NCBI GenBank assembly: GCA_913064775.1
Contig: CAJYAD010000022.1
Span: 532-64,531, forward strand
Origin: an uncultured Albidovulum sp.
GTDB lineage: Bacteria > Pseudomonadota > Alphaproteobacteria > Rhodobacterales > Rhodobacteraceae
Direction of reading: 5' to 3'
Length of the DNA stretch: 64,000 nucleotides
Every line of letters starts with the position of its first letter. Within the stretch, counting starts at the first letter, position 1. The notes beneath the pieces are model-generated. The model was not told the DNA's origin, did no database searches, and saw nothing but the letters and a program-made list of their open reading frames with translations. Shown piece by piece: positions 23,829 through 34,491 of the stretch. The position numbers and the translations under genes were made by a program.

Positions 23829-24449
23829 ATGTCCTTCCAGCTTTGGCTCGCCTTCGTCGCCGCCGCCTCGGTTCTGTTGATGATCCCGGGGCCGACAATC
23901 CTGTTGGTCGTCTCCTATTCGCTGACCCAGGGCCGCCGCGTCGCGCTGGCGATGGCGCTGGGGGTGGCGTTGGGGGATTTTATCGCCATGACCACCTCGC
24001 TGCTGGGGCTGGGCGCGCTGGTGCTGGCCTCGGCGGAACTGTTTACCGTGCTGAAATGGATCGGCGCGGTCTATCTGGTCTGGCTGGGGGTGAAACTGCT
24101 GCGCGCCCGCCCGCAAAGCCTGGAGGTTGAAGACCCCGCGCCCAAGGAGGCCCGCGCGATCTTTGCTCATGCGGCGACGGTGACCGCGCTGAACCCGAAA
24201 TCCATCGCTTTCTTCATCGCTTTCGTGCCGCAGTTCATCCACCTCGGCCAGCCGCTGGCGCTGCAATTCGCCACGCTGATCGTCACCTTTGTCAGCCTCG
24301 CCACGCTGAATGCGCTGTTTTATGCGCTGCTTGCCGACCGGCTGCGCAGCCGCATCCGCAGCCCCCGCGTGCTGCGGGCGATGAACCGCACCGGCGGCGG
24401 TGCGCTGATCGGAATGGGGCTGATGACGGCGGCACTGTCGCGGAGCTGA
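23829..24449 (+). CDS. LysE/RhtB family exporter
   Basis: PGPT, LKWIGAVYLVWLG, NPKSIAFF motifs. Start moved to ATG 23829. Confidence 0.9.
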   Translation: MSFQLWLAFVAAASVLLMIPGPTILLVVSYSLTQGRRVALAMALGVALGDFIAMTTSLLGLGALVLASAELFTVLKWIGAVYLVWLGVKLLRARPQSLEVEDPAPKEARAIFAHAATVTALNPKSIAFFIAFVPQFIHLGQPLALQFATLIVTFVSLATLNALFYALLADRLRSRIRSPRVLRAMNRTGGGALIGMGLMTAALSRS

Positions 24450-24468
24450 GGCGCGGCGGGCAGGCGGG

Positions 24469-24570
24469 ACACCCCCGCACCCGCTGCATTCGCGGGGGTT
24501 TCACACCCCTGCAACCGCGACATCCGCCGGGATTTCACACCCCCGCACCCGCAACACTCGCGGGGGTTTC
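24469..24570 (+). repeat. Three tandem 34-bp hairpin repeats
   Basis: Units at 24469, 24503 and 24537: ACACCCCCGCACCCGCTGCATTCGCGGGGGTTTC / ACACCCCTGCAACCGCGACATCCGCCGGGATTTC / ACACCCCCGCACCCGCAACACTCGCGGGGGTTTC. Confidence 0.85.
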
Positions 24571-24573
24571 ACA

Positions 24574-24684
24574 CCCCGTCGCCATTGTCGCTCGGAGTTG
24601 CCATTGGTGCGCCATTGGTCCGAGCACCAATGGCGACGGCGCTCCAATGGCGACCCCCGTGGAGTATTTTCACCAAGATGAAGG
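24574..24684 (+). repeat. REP-like element, long family, copy E with 77-bp CCATTG payload
   Basis: Payload 24578-24654 bounded by GTCGCCATTG/CAATGGCGAC, then the tail GGAGTATTTTCACCAAGATGAAGG. Confidence 0.85.
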
Positions 24685-24712
24685 GCATTCGGGGGGCGAT
24701 ATTGGCCGTCGC

Positions 24713-25567
24713 CTAATCGTCGTTCTCGTCGGTCTCGCCCGGTTTTTGCGGGATCGGAGCGGCGAGCGGGTCGATGCCGTGCTTTTTCAGCAATTGCCCG
24801 ATCAGGCTGCGGGGCTTGGGCACGCCAGCCTGCACCGCATTGATCCGGGCGCGCATCCGGCGGCCGTAGAAATGGATCGAGACGGTCTCATCCGTCAGAT
24901 AGGCCGAGAGGTCGTAGCCGGGATAAAGCATCACCTGCCGCTCGCGGTAGGGGATCGGGTAGAGCGCGACCGGCGGCAGGGCGAATTTGTCCTCACCCGT
25001 CACATGCAGGAAATGGGTGATCGCATGCGGCCCCCAGACGCCCCAGGGCATCTCGCCGGCATGCAGCGGCGTGCCGGCGGATTTCCGGGCCTCCAGATCG
25101 GCGCGCTCGGTGTCGGAAAACCACGGCGGGATGGCGAATTCGTCGCGGGTGAAATCAAGCAGAAGGCCCAAGGCCTCGCTGTCGCTGGGAAGGCCCAGCA
25201 CGCCGCCGTTGATGTGGCGCGGGCTTTCCCAGCCGAAGAAATGGCCGCTGTCCGTAGTGAAGGGCTTCACGCAATAGGCGTCGGTATCGGCCCAGATCAT
25301 GCGGTCGTTCGCCGCCAGCAGGTGATAGCGGAACAGATCCGAATGCAGCGCGGGCGAATTGGTGCGGGCGTGGCGCAGGAAATTGTCCTGTGGCAGGATC
25401 TGGTTCGCATCGGCCATCTCGCAGCCCTCGGGCGCGTTGGTGATGCCGTGATAGGTGTAAAGCTTCACCTGATGGCCCGCGTCGAGAAAGGATTTCAGGC
25501 AGAGCTGTTCGAGAAAGCTCAGCTCTCCGCCGATCCACAAGGCCGCAATCTGGTAGTCCTGAGGCAT
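24713..25567 (-). CDS. Putative GT-A glycosyltransferase (DxD type, GT32-like)
   Basis: LWIGGELSFLEQLCLKSF, SDLFRY and WADTD motifs resemble GT32/alpha-1,4-glycosyltransferase-like proteins. Start moved to ATG 25567. Confidence 0.65.
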   Translation of the reverse strand: MPQDYQIAALWIGGELSFLEQLCLKSFLDAGHQVKLYTYHGITNAPEGCEMADANQILPQDNFLRHARTNSPALHSDLFRYHLLAANDRMIWADTDAYCVKPFTTDSGHFFGWESPRHINGGVLGLPSDSEALGLLLDFTRDEFAIPPWFSDTERADLEARKSAGTPLHAGEMPWGVWGPHAITHFLHVTGEDKFALPPVALYPIPYRERQVMLYPGYDLSAYLTDETVSIHFYGRRMRARINAVQAGVPKPRSLIGQLLKKHGIDPLAAPIPQKPGETDENDD

Positions 25568-25737
25568 GCGCCGCCCTTCCCCGCCCGTCCGCAAGCCCGC
25601 CGATCCCGGCCCCGGCCTGCCGCATTGATGGCACAGAATATGCGGCGAAGCCACTGATCCGCCCGCCCGCCGCCTTGCCCGGGCGACGCGCGTGTTTTCC
25701 GCGCCTCACGAGATATGCTAAGGATCGTGAAAGGTTC

Positions 25738-28077
25738 ATGGGGCAGGCACAGATGACAGGCAGCAAGGCACCCGAGATCCGGGGCCGTGACCTAGGCACC
25801 GGCACCGCCGCGGGGCTGACATGGCTTGATGCCGTGGTGTTCCACGACACGGCGGGTGCGGCGGGCGGATTTCGGGTGTTCTTCGCCGCGGGCACCCCGG
25901 CATCGGCCTTCGATCCCGCGCCGCGCCCCGGCTGCGACCGGATCGAGACCCTGCAGGAGCTGAACGGCGCATTGCTGATCTCGGGCGCGTGGGCGGCTGC
26001 GAGCGATGACATCGTGCTGGCGCTGGCGGGCGGCGGGGAGCTGGCGGTGCCGCCCTCGGCCGTTGAGACCGATTTTCTGGCCGGGCGCGATTGCCTGCTG
26101 GCGATGCGGATGGAGGAAAGCCCCGAGCTGCTGCGCGACTGGCTGGCCTATCACGCGCGCCTGCACGGGCTGCGCGGCGCGGTGATCGTCGACCGCGCGC
26201 CGCTGGGCAGCACGGCGCCGCGCGGCCCCGCGCTGGTCGCGGCGCTGCAAACCGCCTGTGCCGCGCGTGCGGAGGATCTTGCGGATCTGCGCGTCGTCGT
26301 GCTGGCCGCGGGGATTGCGCTGGGCAAGCCCGACACCGGCCCCGAAAGCCACCCCTATCTGGCCCCCGACGCGCCCGGCAAGGACCGCATGACGCCCCCT
26401 GCCCCCGATCGCTGGCGCGCGCCTTTGGCCGAGTTCCTGATCTATGAGGCCGCGCGCGCCCGTTTCCTCGAGCGGGCCGGGGCGGTGGCCAATCTTGATA
26501 TCAGCGACCTGCTGGCGCCGCTGGCGCCCGGGGCGCCGACCGCCTTTGCCGCGGCGCGGGCGCAGGCCGGGGGCGTGGTGCTGGTCGCCGGGCGGCGGAT
26601 CTATCCCTGGCGCCTGCGCGAGGGCACCGAGGCCGGCTTTGGCGATCACATCTGCGCCCCGTTCGATGCGACCCGCGGCATCGCGCGCTGGTGCGTGGCC
26701 CCCGCCGTGGCCGGCCCCGACACGCTGTGGCGCGCGATCCGCATTGGCGGCGCCAAGCCCGATCCCGCACAGATGGTGCCCTTCCTGCGCTGCATGGGCA
26801 TCCGCGCGCCGGGCCAGGCGCCCGCCACCCTGGCGCCGAAAACCAGCCTGGTCGAGGATCCGGGCCTTCTGCGTCTGGCGCAGCATTTCTTCGGCGCCGA
26901 TCCGGTGCGCCCGCCACGATCCGAGGTTGAGGCCGGCCCCGCGATGGCGGCAAGCGCCGGCCGCACCGCCATTGTGACCACGATGAAGAATGAGGGCCCC
27001 TTCATTCTGGAATGGCTGGCCTATCACCGCGCGATCGGGGTTGAGGATTTCCTGATCTACACCAACGATTGCTCCGACGGCACCGATACGATGCTGGAGC
27101 TGCTGCAGCGCAAGGGTCTGGTGCAGCACCGCGAGAACCCCTTTCGCACCATGCCCGGCATCAAGCCCCAGCACGCCGCCCTTGCCGCCGCCGAGGACGA
27201 GCCGGTGATCGCCTCCGCCGGCTGGACGATCTGCATGGATGTGGACGAATTCATCGACATCCGGATCGGCGACGGCACGCTGCCCGCGCTCTACCGCGCG
27301 ATGGGGGCGGCGAACATGATCTCGCTGACCTGGCGGCTGTTCGGCAATGCCGATGTGCACCAGTTCGAGGACCGCTTCGTGACCGAGCAATTCCCCCTTT
27401 GCGCGCCGGAACTGGTGCGCAAGCCGCATCAGGCCTGGGGGTTCAAGACGCTGTTTCGCAACATCGGGCTTTACAAGAAGCTGGGCGTGCACCGGCCCAA
27501 GGGGCTGAAGCCCGACCTCTGGCCGCAGGTGAACTGGCTGAACGGTTCGGGCCGGCCGATGCCGGTCGAGATGATCCGCAACGGCTGGCGCTCGACCGCG
27601 GCGACCTATGGCTATGATTGGGTCAGCCTGAACCATTACGCCGTGCGCTCGGCCGAGAGCTTTCTGGTGAAGCGCGACCGCGGCCGGGTGAACCACACCG
27701 ACCGCGATCAGGGGCTGGCCTATTGGTTTCGCATGAATCACAACGCGGTTGAGGAACGCTCGATCCAGCGCATGATCCCCGCCGCGCGGGAGGAATATGA
27801 GCGCCTGTTGGCCGACCCCGAGATCGCCGCCGCGCATGCCCATTCCGTCGCCTGCCACCGCGCCAAGATCGCCGAGCTGATGGCGCGGCCCGATCAGCGT
27901 GCCTTCTATGAGGAGCTGACCGGCGCGCGGATGGAGAAGCTGTCGCGCCTGTTGCATGTCTTTGGCGCCAATGTGTTCAATGCCGGGCCGCAGGTGATCC
28001 CGCCCGATCTGCATCTGCGCGACCTGCCGCAGGATTTCTTCTTCACCGTGCGCCATCAGGGTGAGGCGCAGCACTGA
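25738..28077 (+). CDS. Glycosyltransferase family 2-like protein with two GT-like domains
   Basis: C-terminal domain TTMKNEGPFILEWLAYHRAIG, NDCSDGT, DVDEF, LNHYAVRSAESF; N-terminal half carries a degenerate copy (DWLAYHARLHG, LDISD). Start moved to ATG 25738. Confidence 0.8.
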   Translation: MGQAQMTGSKAPEIRGRDLGTGTAAGLTWLDAVVFHDTAGAAGGFRVFFAAGTPASAFDPAPRPGCDRIETLQELNGALLISGAWAAASDDIVLALAGGGELAVPPSAVETDFLAGRDCLLAMRMEESPELLRDWLAYHARLHGLRGAVIVDRAPLGSTAPRGPALVAALQTACAARAEDLADLRVVVLAAGIALGKPDTGPESHPYLAPDAPGKDRMTPPAPDRWRAPLAEFLIYEAARARFLERAGAVANLDISDLLAPLAPGAPTAFAAARAQAGGVVLVAGRRIYPWRLREGTEAGFGDHICAPFDATRGIARWCVAPAVAGPDTLWRAIRIGGAKPDPAQMVPFLRCMGIRAPGQAPATLAPKTSLVEDPGLLRLAQHFFGADPVRPPRSEVEAGPAMAASAGRTAIVTTMKNEGPFILEWLAYHRAIGVEDFLIYTNDCSDGTDTMLELLQRKGLVQHRENPFRTMPGIKPQHAALAAAEDEPVIASAGWTICMDVDEFIDIRIGDGTLPALYRAMGAANMISLTWRLFGNADVHQFEDRFVTEQFPLCAPELVRKPHQAWGFKTLFRNIGLYKKLGVHRPKGLKPDLWPQVNWLNGSGRPMPVEMIRNGWRSTAATYGYDWVSLNHYAVRSAESFLVKRDRGRVNHTDRDQGLAYWFRMNHNAVEERSIQRMIPAAREEYERLLADPEIAAAHAHSVACHRAKIAELMARPDQRAFYEELTGARMEKLSRLLHVFGANVFNAGPQVIPPDLHLRDLPQDFFFTVRHQGEAQH

Positions 28078-28085
28078 CGGAAGGG

Positions 28086-28110
28086 GGCGTATTTGCGGAA
28101 CAATGAAAGG
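28086..28110 (+). repeat. 25-bp REP-like element, short family, copy F
   Basis: GGCGTATTTGCGGAACAATGAAAGG; one mismatch to the copy at 59551. Confidence 0.8.
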
Positions 28111-28121
28111 TTGAGGGGACG

Positions 28122-28193
28122 GACGGGGATGACGGGAAGGACGGGAAGGACGGGGATGAGCGGAAGGGCCGGGATGAGGGCAAGGGCCGGGCG
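28122..28193 (+). repeat. Eight degenerate 9-bp purine-rich tandem units
   Basis: GACGGGGAT GACGGGAAG GACGGGAAG GACGGGGAT GAGCGGAAG GGCCGGGAT GAGGGCAAG GGCCGGGCG, ending exactly at ATG 28194. Confidence 0.8.
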
Positions 28194-29243
28194 ATGCGTT
28201 TTCTGATCGTCACCGCGATGCGCAACGAGGGCGCCTATGTGCTGGAATGGCTGGCCCATCACCGTGCTGCGGGGGTGGAACATTTCCTTGTCTATTCCAA
28301 CGATTGCGACGACGGCACCGAGGCGATGCTGGACCGGCTGGCGGCGCTGGGGTGGCTGACCCATATGCGCAACCCCGGCCCCCACCCCAAGGGGCCGCAA
28401 TGGCAGGCGCTGATCGCCGCCGATCGCCACCCGCTGGTGGCGGGGGCCGAGTGGATCCTGGTCTCGGATGTCGATGAATTCGTCTGCGTCCAGACCGGCG
28501 ATCACACCCTTGGCGCGCTGCTGAAGGCCCGCCCCGAGGCCACGGCCTTCGCGCTGACCTGGCGGATGTTCGGCAATGCCGGGGTGGTCGATTTCACCGA
28601 TGCCCCGGTGACCGAGACCTTTCTGCACGCCGCGCCCTCGGTGCTGCCCTGGCCCTGGCGCGCGGCGATGTTCAAGACGCTTTTCCGCAATGACGGCACC
28701 TATGGGAAGCTGGGCGTCCACCGCCCGCGCGCACCCGACCGTGCCCGCCTGGGTGCGGCGCGCTGGGTCGATGGATCGGGGCGGCCCCTGGCGGGCGATT
28801 TCCTGACCAACCGGGTGTTTTCCGACTTTGGCCAGGACAATTTCGGCCTCGTGCAGCTCAACCATTACGCCTTGGGCAGCATGGAGAATTTCATCGTCAA
28901 GCGCGACCGGGGCCGGGCCAATCGCGGCGGCAGCTTCGATCTGGGCTATTGGGTCGAGCGCAACTTTTCCGCCGTCGAGGACAGATCCGCCGAGGCCCTC
29001 GGCCCCGCGCGCCGGGCGCTGCTGGCAGAGCTTCTGTCCGATCCCGAGCTTGGCCGCCTGCATGTCGCCGCGGTGGCCTGGCGGCAGCAGCGGTTTCGCG
29101 CGTTGATGGCCGAGGAGCCGATGCGCGCGCTGTTCGGGCAATTGCTGCTGACGCCGCCCACAAGGGTGCTGTCACCGGATGCGGCGGATCGTATGCTGAC
29201 CATTGCCCGAGAGGCGCGCGAAACAATGGCGCGCGATTGTTGA
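28194..29243 (+). CDS. Glycosyltransferase family 2-like protein
   Basis: TAMRNEGAYVLEWLAHH, NDCDDGT, DVDEF, LNHYALGS; paralogue of the upstream gene's C-terminal domain. Confidence 0.85.
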   Translation: MRFLIVTAMRNEGAYVLEWLAHHRAAGVEHFLVYSNDCDDGTEAMLDRLAALGWLTHMRNPGPHPKGPQWQALIAADRHPLVAGAEWILVSDVDEFVCVQTGDHTLGALLKARPEATAFALTWRMFGNAGVVDFTDAPVTETFLHAAPSVLPWPWRAAMFKTLFRNDGTYGKLGVHRPRAPDRARLGAARWVDGSGRPLAGDFLTNRVFSDFGQDNFGLVQLNHYALGSMENFIVKRDRGRANRGGSFDLGYWVERNFSAVEDRSAEALGPARRALLAELLSDPELGRLHVAAVAWRQQRFRALMAEEPMRALFGQLLLTPPTRVLSPDAADRMLTIAREARETMARDC

Positions 29244-29338
29244 GCTATCGCTTGCAAAGGCCTTACCCCCGCCTCAAAGCTTGCCCAATACTGCCGCGTG
29301 AAAATGTTGTATAAGGGGCGGCAGGTAACGAAGGCAGG

Positions 29339-30301
29339 TTGATGACGATGGAAGATGTCCGCGCCGTGGATGCGGCAAACGCCCAGACCAAGGCCGAATG
29401 GATTGCCCGGATCGACGAGATCGGTGAAGAGGCAGGGTATTTCGAGCGCCTCGGCGGGCGGCATTTCGCGTTTTTCACCGATGCCGCGCCGACGCTTCTG
29501 GTCAGTTTCGAAAGCCTCAGCATGGTGCGCTCGGCCGATCCCGGGCAGATGCCGCTGGGCCAGCAGATCGCGGCGCAGCACGGCTGGTCGCAGCTGTCGA
29601 TCATCGCCGATGGCGAGACCTGGTTTCGCGACCCGGCGGTCTATGGCTATTTCGACCGCCTCGTCGACGACGCCTTCTTCGAGGATTTCGACCGCGTCGT
29701 GTTCTTCGGCGCCGGGATGGGCGGCTATGGCGCCTGCGCCTATTCGGTGGCGGCCCCCGGGGCGACGGTGGTCGCGCTCAATCCGGTGGCAAGCGTCGAT
29801 CCAGCCGTCTGCGGCTGGGACGAACGCCTGGCGGAATACCGCAGGCTCGATTTCAATTCGCGCTACGGCTATGCGCCCGACATGATCGACGGCGCGGCGG
29901 CAGTGTATCTGGCCTATGACCCGCGCGAAACCCCGGACGCGATGCATGCCGCGCTGTTCCGGCGACCGCATGTGACGTCGCTGACCTGCCCCTATCTGGG
30001 CGCCGAGATCGCGCCCGCCTTCGCCCAGATGAACATCCTCTCGCCGCTGATCGAGGCCGCCTGCGAAGGCCGCCTGACCCGGACGCTGTTCAACAAATTC
30101 TACCGCGCGCGGCAAAATTACACCCCCTATCTGCGCACGCTTCTGGGGGTGCTGGAACGCGATGAACGCCCGCTTCTGGCGGCGCTCTTGTGCCGCGCCG
30201 TCAGCCGTGGCGGCGTCCGACCCCGGTTTCTGCAACGCCTGCAGGCACTGCAGGAACAGCTGGCCGAAGACGGCGTGACCCTGCCCCCCGACCGGGGGTA
30301 A
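29339..30301 (+). CDS. Conserved hypothetical protein, probable degenerate alpha/beta-hydrolase fold
   Basis: LLVSFE strand and FFGAGMGGYGA elbow-like motif lacking the nucleophilic Ser; normal codon usage. Confidence 0.65.
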   Translation: MMTMEDVRAVDAANAQTKAEWIARIDEIGEEAGYFERLGGRHFAFFTDAAPTLLVSFESLSMVRSADPGQMPLGQQIAAQHGWSQLSIIADGETWFRDPAVYGYFDRLVDDAFFEDFDRVVFFGAGMGGYGACAYSVAAPGATVVALNPVASVDPAVCGWDERLAEYRRLDFNSRYGYAPDMIDGAAAVYLAYDPRETPDAMHAALFRRPHVTSLTCPYLGAEIAPAFAQMNILSPLIEAACEGRLTRTLFNKFYRARQNYTPYLRTLLGVLERDERPLLAALLCRAVSRGGVRPRFLQRLQALQEQLAEDGVTLPPDRG

Positions 30302-30335
30302 GGCGGGGGGCGCAAGGCGGGGGGCCAAGCCGGGG

Positions 30336-30947
30336 CTACAGCCCGCCTTCGCGTTTCAGGAAGGCCACCACCTCGGCCACGCCCTCGCCCGCCTTCAGGC
30401 TGGCCATCACAAAGGGCCGCGCCCCGCGGGCGGCGCGGGTGTCGGATTCCAACAGCACCCGGTCGACGCCCACATAGGGTGCCAGATCGGTCTTGTTCAC
30501 CACCAGCAGGTCCGAGCGCGCCAGCCCCGGCCCCTTCTTGCGCGGAATATCCTGACCCGCCGCCGTGTCGATCACATAGATCGTCAGATCCGCCAGTTCC
30601 GGGCTGAAGGTGGCGGCCAGATTATCGCCGCCGCTCTCGATCAGCACGATGTCCAGATCCGGGATCGCCGCGTTCAGATCCGCCAGCGCGGCAAGGTTGA
30701 TCGAGGCATCCTCGCGGATCGCCGTATGCGGGCAGCCGCCGGTTTCCACGCCGCGAATGCGTTCCAGCGGCAGGGCCTGGGCGCGCATCAGGTAATCGGC
30801 ATCCTCGCGGGTGTAGATGTCGTTGGTCACGACAGCGATGGAATAGTCGTCGCGCAGCGCCCGGCACAGATGTTCGGTCAGCGTCGTCTTGCCCGCGCCC
30901 ACCGGGCCGCCGATGCCCACACGCAGCGGGCCGTTCAGGGATGTCAT
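30336..30947 (-). CDS. ureG: Urease accessory GTPase
   Basis: [28 protein letters not shown]. Confidence 0.97.
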   Translation of the reverse strand: MTSLNGPLRVGIGGPVGAGKTTLTEHLCRALRDDYSIAVVTNDIYTREDADYLMRAQALPLERIRGVETGGCPHTAIREDASINLAALADLNAAIPDLDIVLIESGGDNLAATFSPELADLTIYVIDTAAGQDIPRKKGPGLARSDLLVVNKTDLAPYVGVDRVLLESDTRAARGARPFVMASLKAGEGVAEVVAFLKREGGL

Positions 30948-31582
30948 GTGCGAAAGATCCTCGTCTCAAGGGTTTCATGGGCCATCGCGGCGATGTCCGA
31001 CCCGATCGCGGCACCCCCCAGCGCCTCCAGCGGGGCTGCGGCGGCCTCCTCGGCGATGGCCAGAATCGCGGGGTGCAACGCGGCCAGCGCCGCCTGCCCC
31101 TCGGTCTGGCCCAGCGGGATGAAGCGCACCCCGGCCATCACGATATTGCCGGCAAAGGCCTGCAGATACAGCGCGGTCACCTGAGCCGGCGGCAGATCCA
31201 GCCCCCGCGCCACCACCCCCAGCGCCACCGGCAGAGCCATCGGCGGATGCGCGGCACCGGTCAGCGCGTTGGTGGTGCGGATCAGGGCAGTACCCTGCTC
31301 GACCGTCTCGATCAGCCGCTCACGCGAGGCCGCCAGCGCCCGCGCCAGCGCGTCCAGCGTCCCCGGATCCGCCCCCGCCAGCGCCTGCGCCAGCAAGATC
31401 GCATCGGCCCGCCCCGCACCCTCGCGCAGCACATCGGCCACCCAGCGGCCCAGGCCCGCCGCATCCGTCACCGCGCCCGAGGTCACCGCGGCCTCCAGCC
31501 CGTGCGAATAGGCGAAACCGCCCAGCGGAAAGGCGGGCGACAGCCATTGCGTCAGCGTCAGAAGCCCCGCGTCACCCGCCAT
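30944..31582 (-). CDS. ureF: Urease accessory protein
   Basis: [18 protein letters not shown] start and R(I)FRT end. Confidence 0.93.
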   Translation of the reverse strand: MAGDAGLLTLTQWLSPAFPLGGFAYSHGLEAAVTSGAVTDAAGLGRWVADVLREGAGRADAILLAQALAGADPGTLDALARALAASRERLIETVEQGTALIRTTNALTGAAHPPMALPVALGVVARGLDLPPAQVTALYLQAFAGNIVMAGVRFIPLGQTEGQAALAALHPAILAIAEEAAAAPLEALGGAAIGSDIAAMAHETLETRIFRT

Positions 31583-31871
31583 TCAGGCGCTCCGCCACGG
31601 TCTGCTCCTTGCCGAGCGAGACCATGCGGATCTCTCGCGTCAACCGGATCGTCGGCTTCAGCCCGAAAAAGAGCGACCCGATGACGAACAGCCAGGTCGC
31701 GAAATAGGTCGTCGACGGCCAGAAGAACATGACCGAGCCCACGACGAACATCGCCGCGGCCGAGAAATCCACCGCCGTATAGGCGATCTCGTAGGCGGCC
31801 CAAAGCCTTGCGTGTTGGGCCGAGGCGTTGCGGTTGTCGGGGTGGAACAGGTGCATGGGCGAACCTTTCAA
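31572..31871 (-). CDS. YrhK-like small membrane protein inserted in the urease operon
   Basis: Two hydrophobic helices (FVVGSVMFF, WLFVIGSLFF) and KPTIRL.RE; overlaps both ureE stop and ureF start. Alternative start at 31856. Confidence 0.7.
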   Translation of the reverse strand: MKGSPMHLFHPDNRNASAQHARLWAAYEIAYTAVDFSAAAMFVVGSVMFFWPSTTYFATWLFVIGSLFFGLKPTIRLTREIRMVSLGKEQTVAERLNGG

Positions 31872-32335
31872 TGGTGATGATGCTCATGCCCATGATCATG
31901 GCCCATTGTGCGCCCGTGACCATAGGCCCCCCCCTCGGGCGTGAAGGCTGCGGTCACTTTCGTGATCGTGGCGCCCAGTCCCTGCAACATGTTCTCCAAC
32001 ACCGGATCGGCGCGGATCAGCAGCCGGTCGGGTTCAATCTGGCAGGGCGTGTGGCGGTTGCCGATATGCCAGGCCAGCCGCGGCAGATCGCCGGTGAGCG
32101 CGACCAGCGGCTCATCCGCCGCCCGCACGGCGATCAGCGTCCCGTCGCCCAGCTCGAAACAATCGCCATCATTCAGGCTGATTGTCTCGCTCAGATCGAC
32201 CAAAAACGCGCGCCCGCTGGCGGTCTGCAGCCGTTTGCGCCGCAAAAGCCGGCCGTCGTAATCAAGCGTGACATGGTCCTGGCCTTGGGCCGAGGCCGCG
32301 CGGCGGATGTGATGGGCAGTGGGCAGGTCGGTCAT
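31868..32335 (-). CDS. ureE: Urease accessory nickel chaperone
   Basis: RLAWHIGNRH motif and His-rich tail GHDHGHEHHHH. Start moved to ATG 32335. Confidence 0.93.
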   Translation of the reverse strand: MTDLPTAHHIRRAASAQGQDHVTLDYDGRLLRRKRLQTASGRAFLVDLSETISLNDGDCFELGDGTLIAVRAADEPLVALTGDLPRLAWHIGNRHTPCQIEPDRLLIRADPVLENMLQGLGATITKVTAAFTPEGGAYGHGRTMGHDHGHEHHHH

Positions 32336-32450
32336 GCGGCTCTCGTCCATTGGTCTTGTACAGGGGAGGCGTGGCGTGGAAGGCGCGGCGGTGTCGGGCC
32401 ATACACGGCCCTTCACACAAAGCATCAAGATCGCGTCACAACGCCATATT

Positions 32451-34160
<1,710 letters not shown>

Positions 34161-34169
34161 GGGCGTTCC

Positions 34170-34463
34170 TCAATGAGCGGTGGGGCCGGGGCGCGCGGAG
34201 GTTTTGCCGGCAGGTTTGCGCGGCGCCTTGGCGGCCGCCGGCTTCAGCACGGGGGCCGAGATGGCGTTCGGCGCGAAGGGCACGACGGAGGCCGCGCGAA
34301 GCGTCTCGACCGTGGCCGTCTGCACCGCCTTCTGCGCCGCGTGCTGGCTCTGCCCCAGGGCACAGATCCATTGGCTGGCAAATTCCAGCTGCACCTCAGC
34401 CGCGCGGGTCCAGAACACGAAGCCCGCGCGCCAGAATTCGATCGGTGTCATCCTCATCCGCAA
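34170..34463 (-). CDS. Hypothetical 97-aa protein between ureB and ureC
   Basis: ORF fills the ureB-ureC gap; amphipathic N-terminal helix and an Ala/Lys/Pro-rich tail. Start may be 34451. Confidence 0.6.
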   Translation of the reverse strand: MRMRMTPIEFWRAGFVFWTRAAEVQLEFASQWICALGQSQHAAQKAVQTATVETLRAASVVPFAPNAISAPVLKPAAAKAPRKPAGKTSARPGPTAH

Positions 34464-34491
34464 GTCCTCCGTCCAGAAATTCCCGCGGCGC

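Noticed and set aside
24469-24684. CRISPR array
   Set aside because: The 34-bp units are contiguous with no unique spacers, and there are no cas genes in the window.
25792-28074. Long antisense ORFs such as 25792-28074, 47718-49877, 57659-59704 and 9820-11304
   Set aside because: These are shadows of real genes in high-GC DNA, with Arg/Gly/Ala-rich composition and no motifs.
29339-30301. PAPS reductase label, which I recall being attached to similar proteins
   Set aside because: No PP-loop (SGGKDS-like) or ECGLH motif is present.
32336-32450. Internal promoter or gene remnant between ureC and ureE
   Set aside because: Only a weak TTGATG word with no convincing -10 and no recognisable coding remnant.
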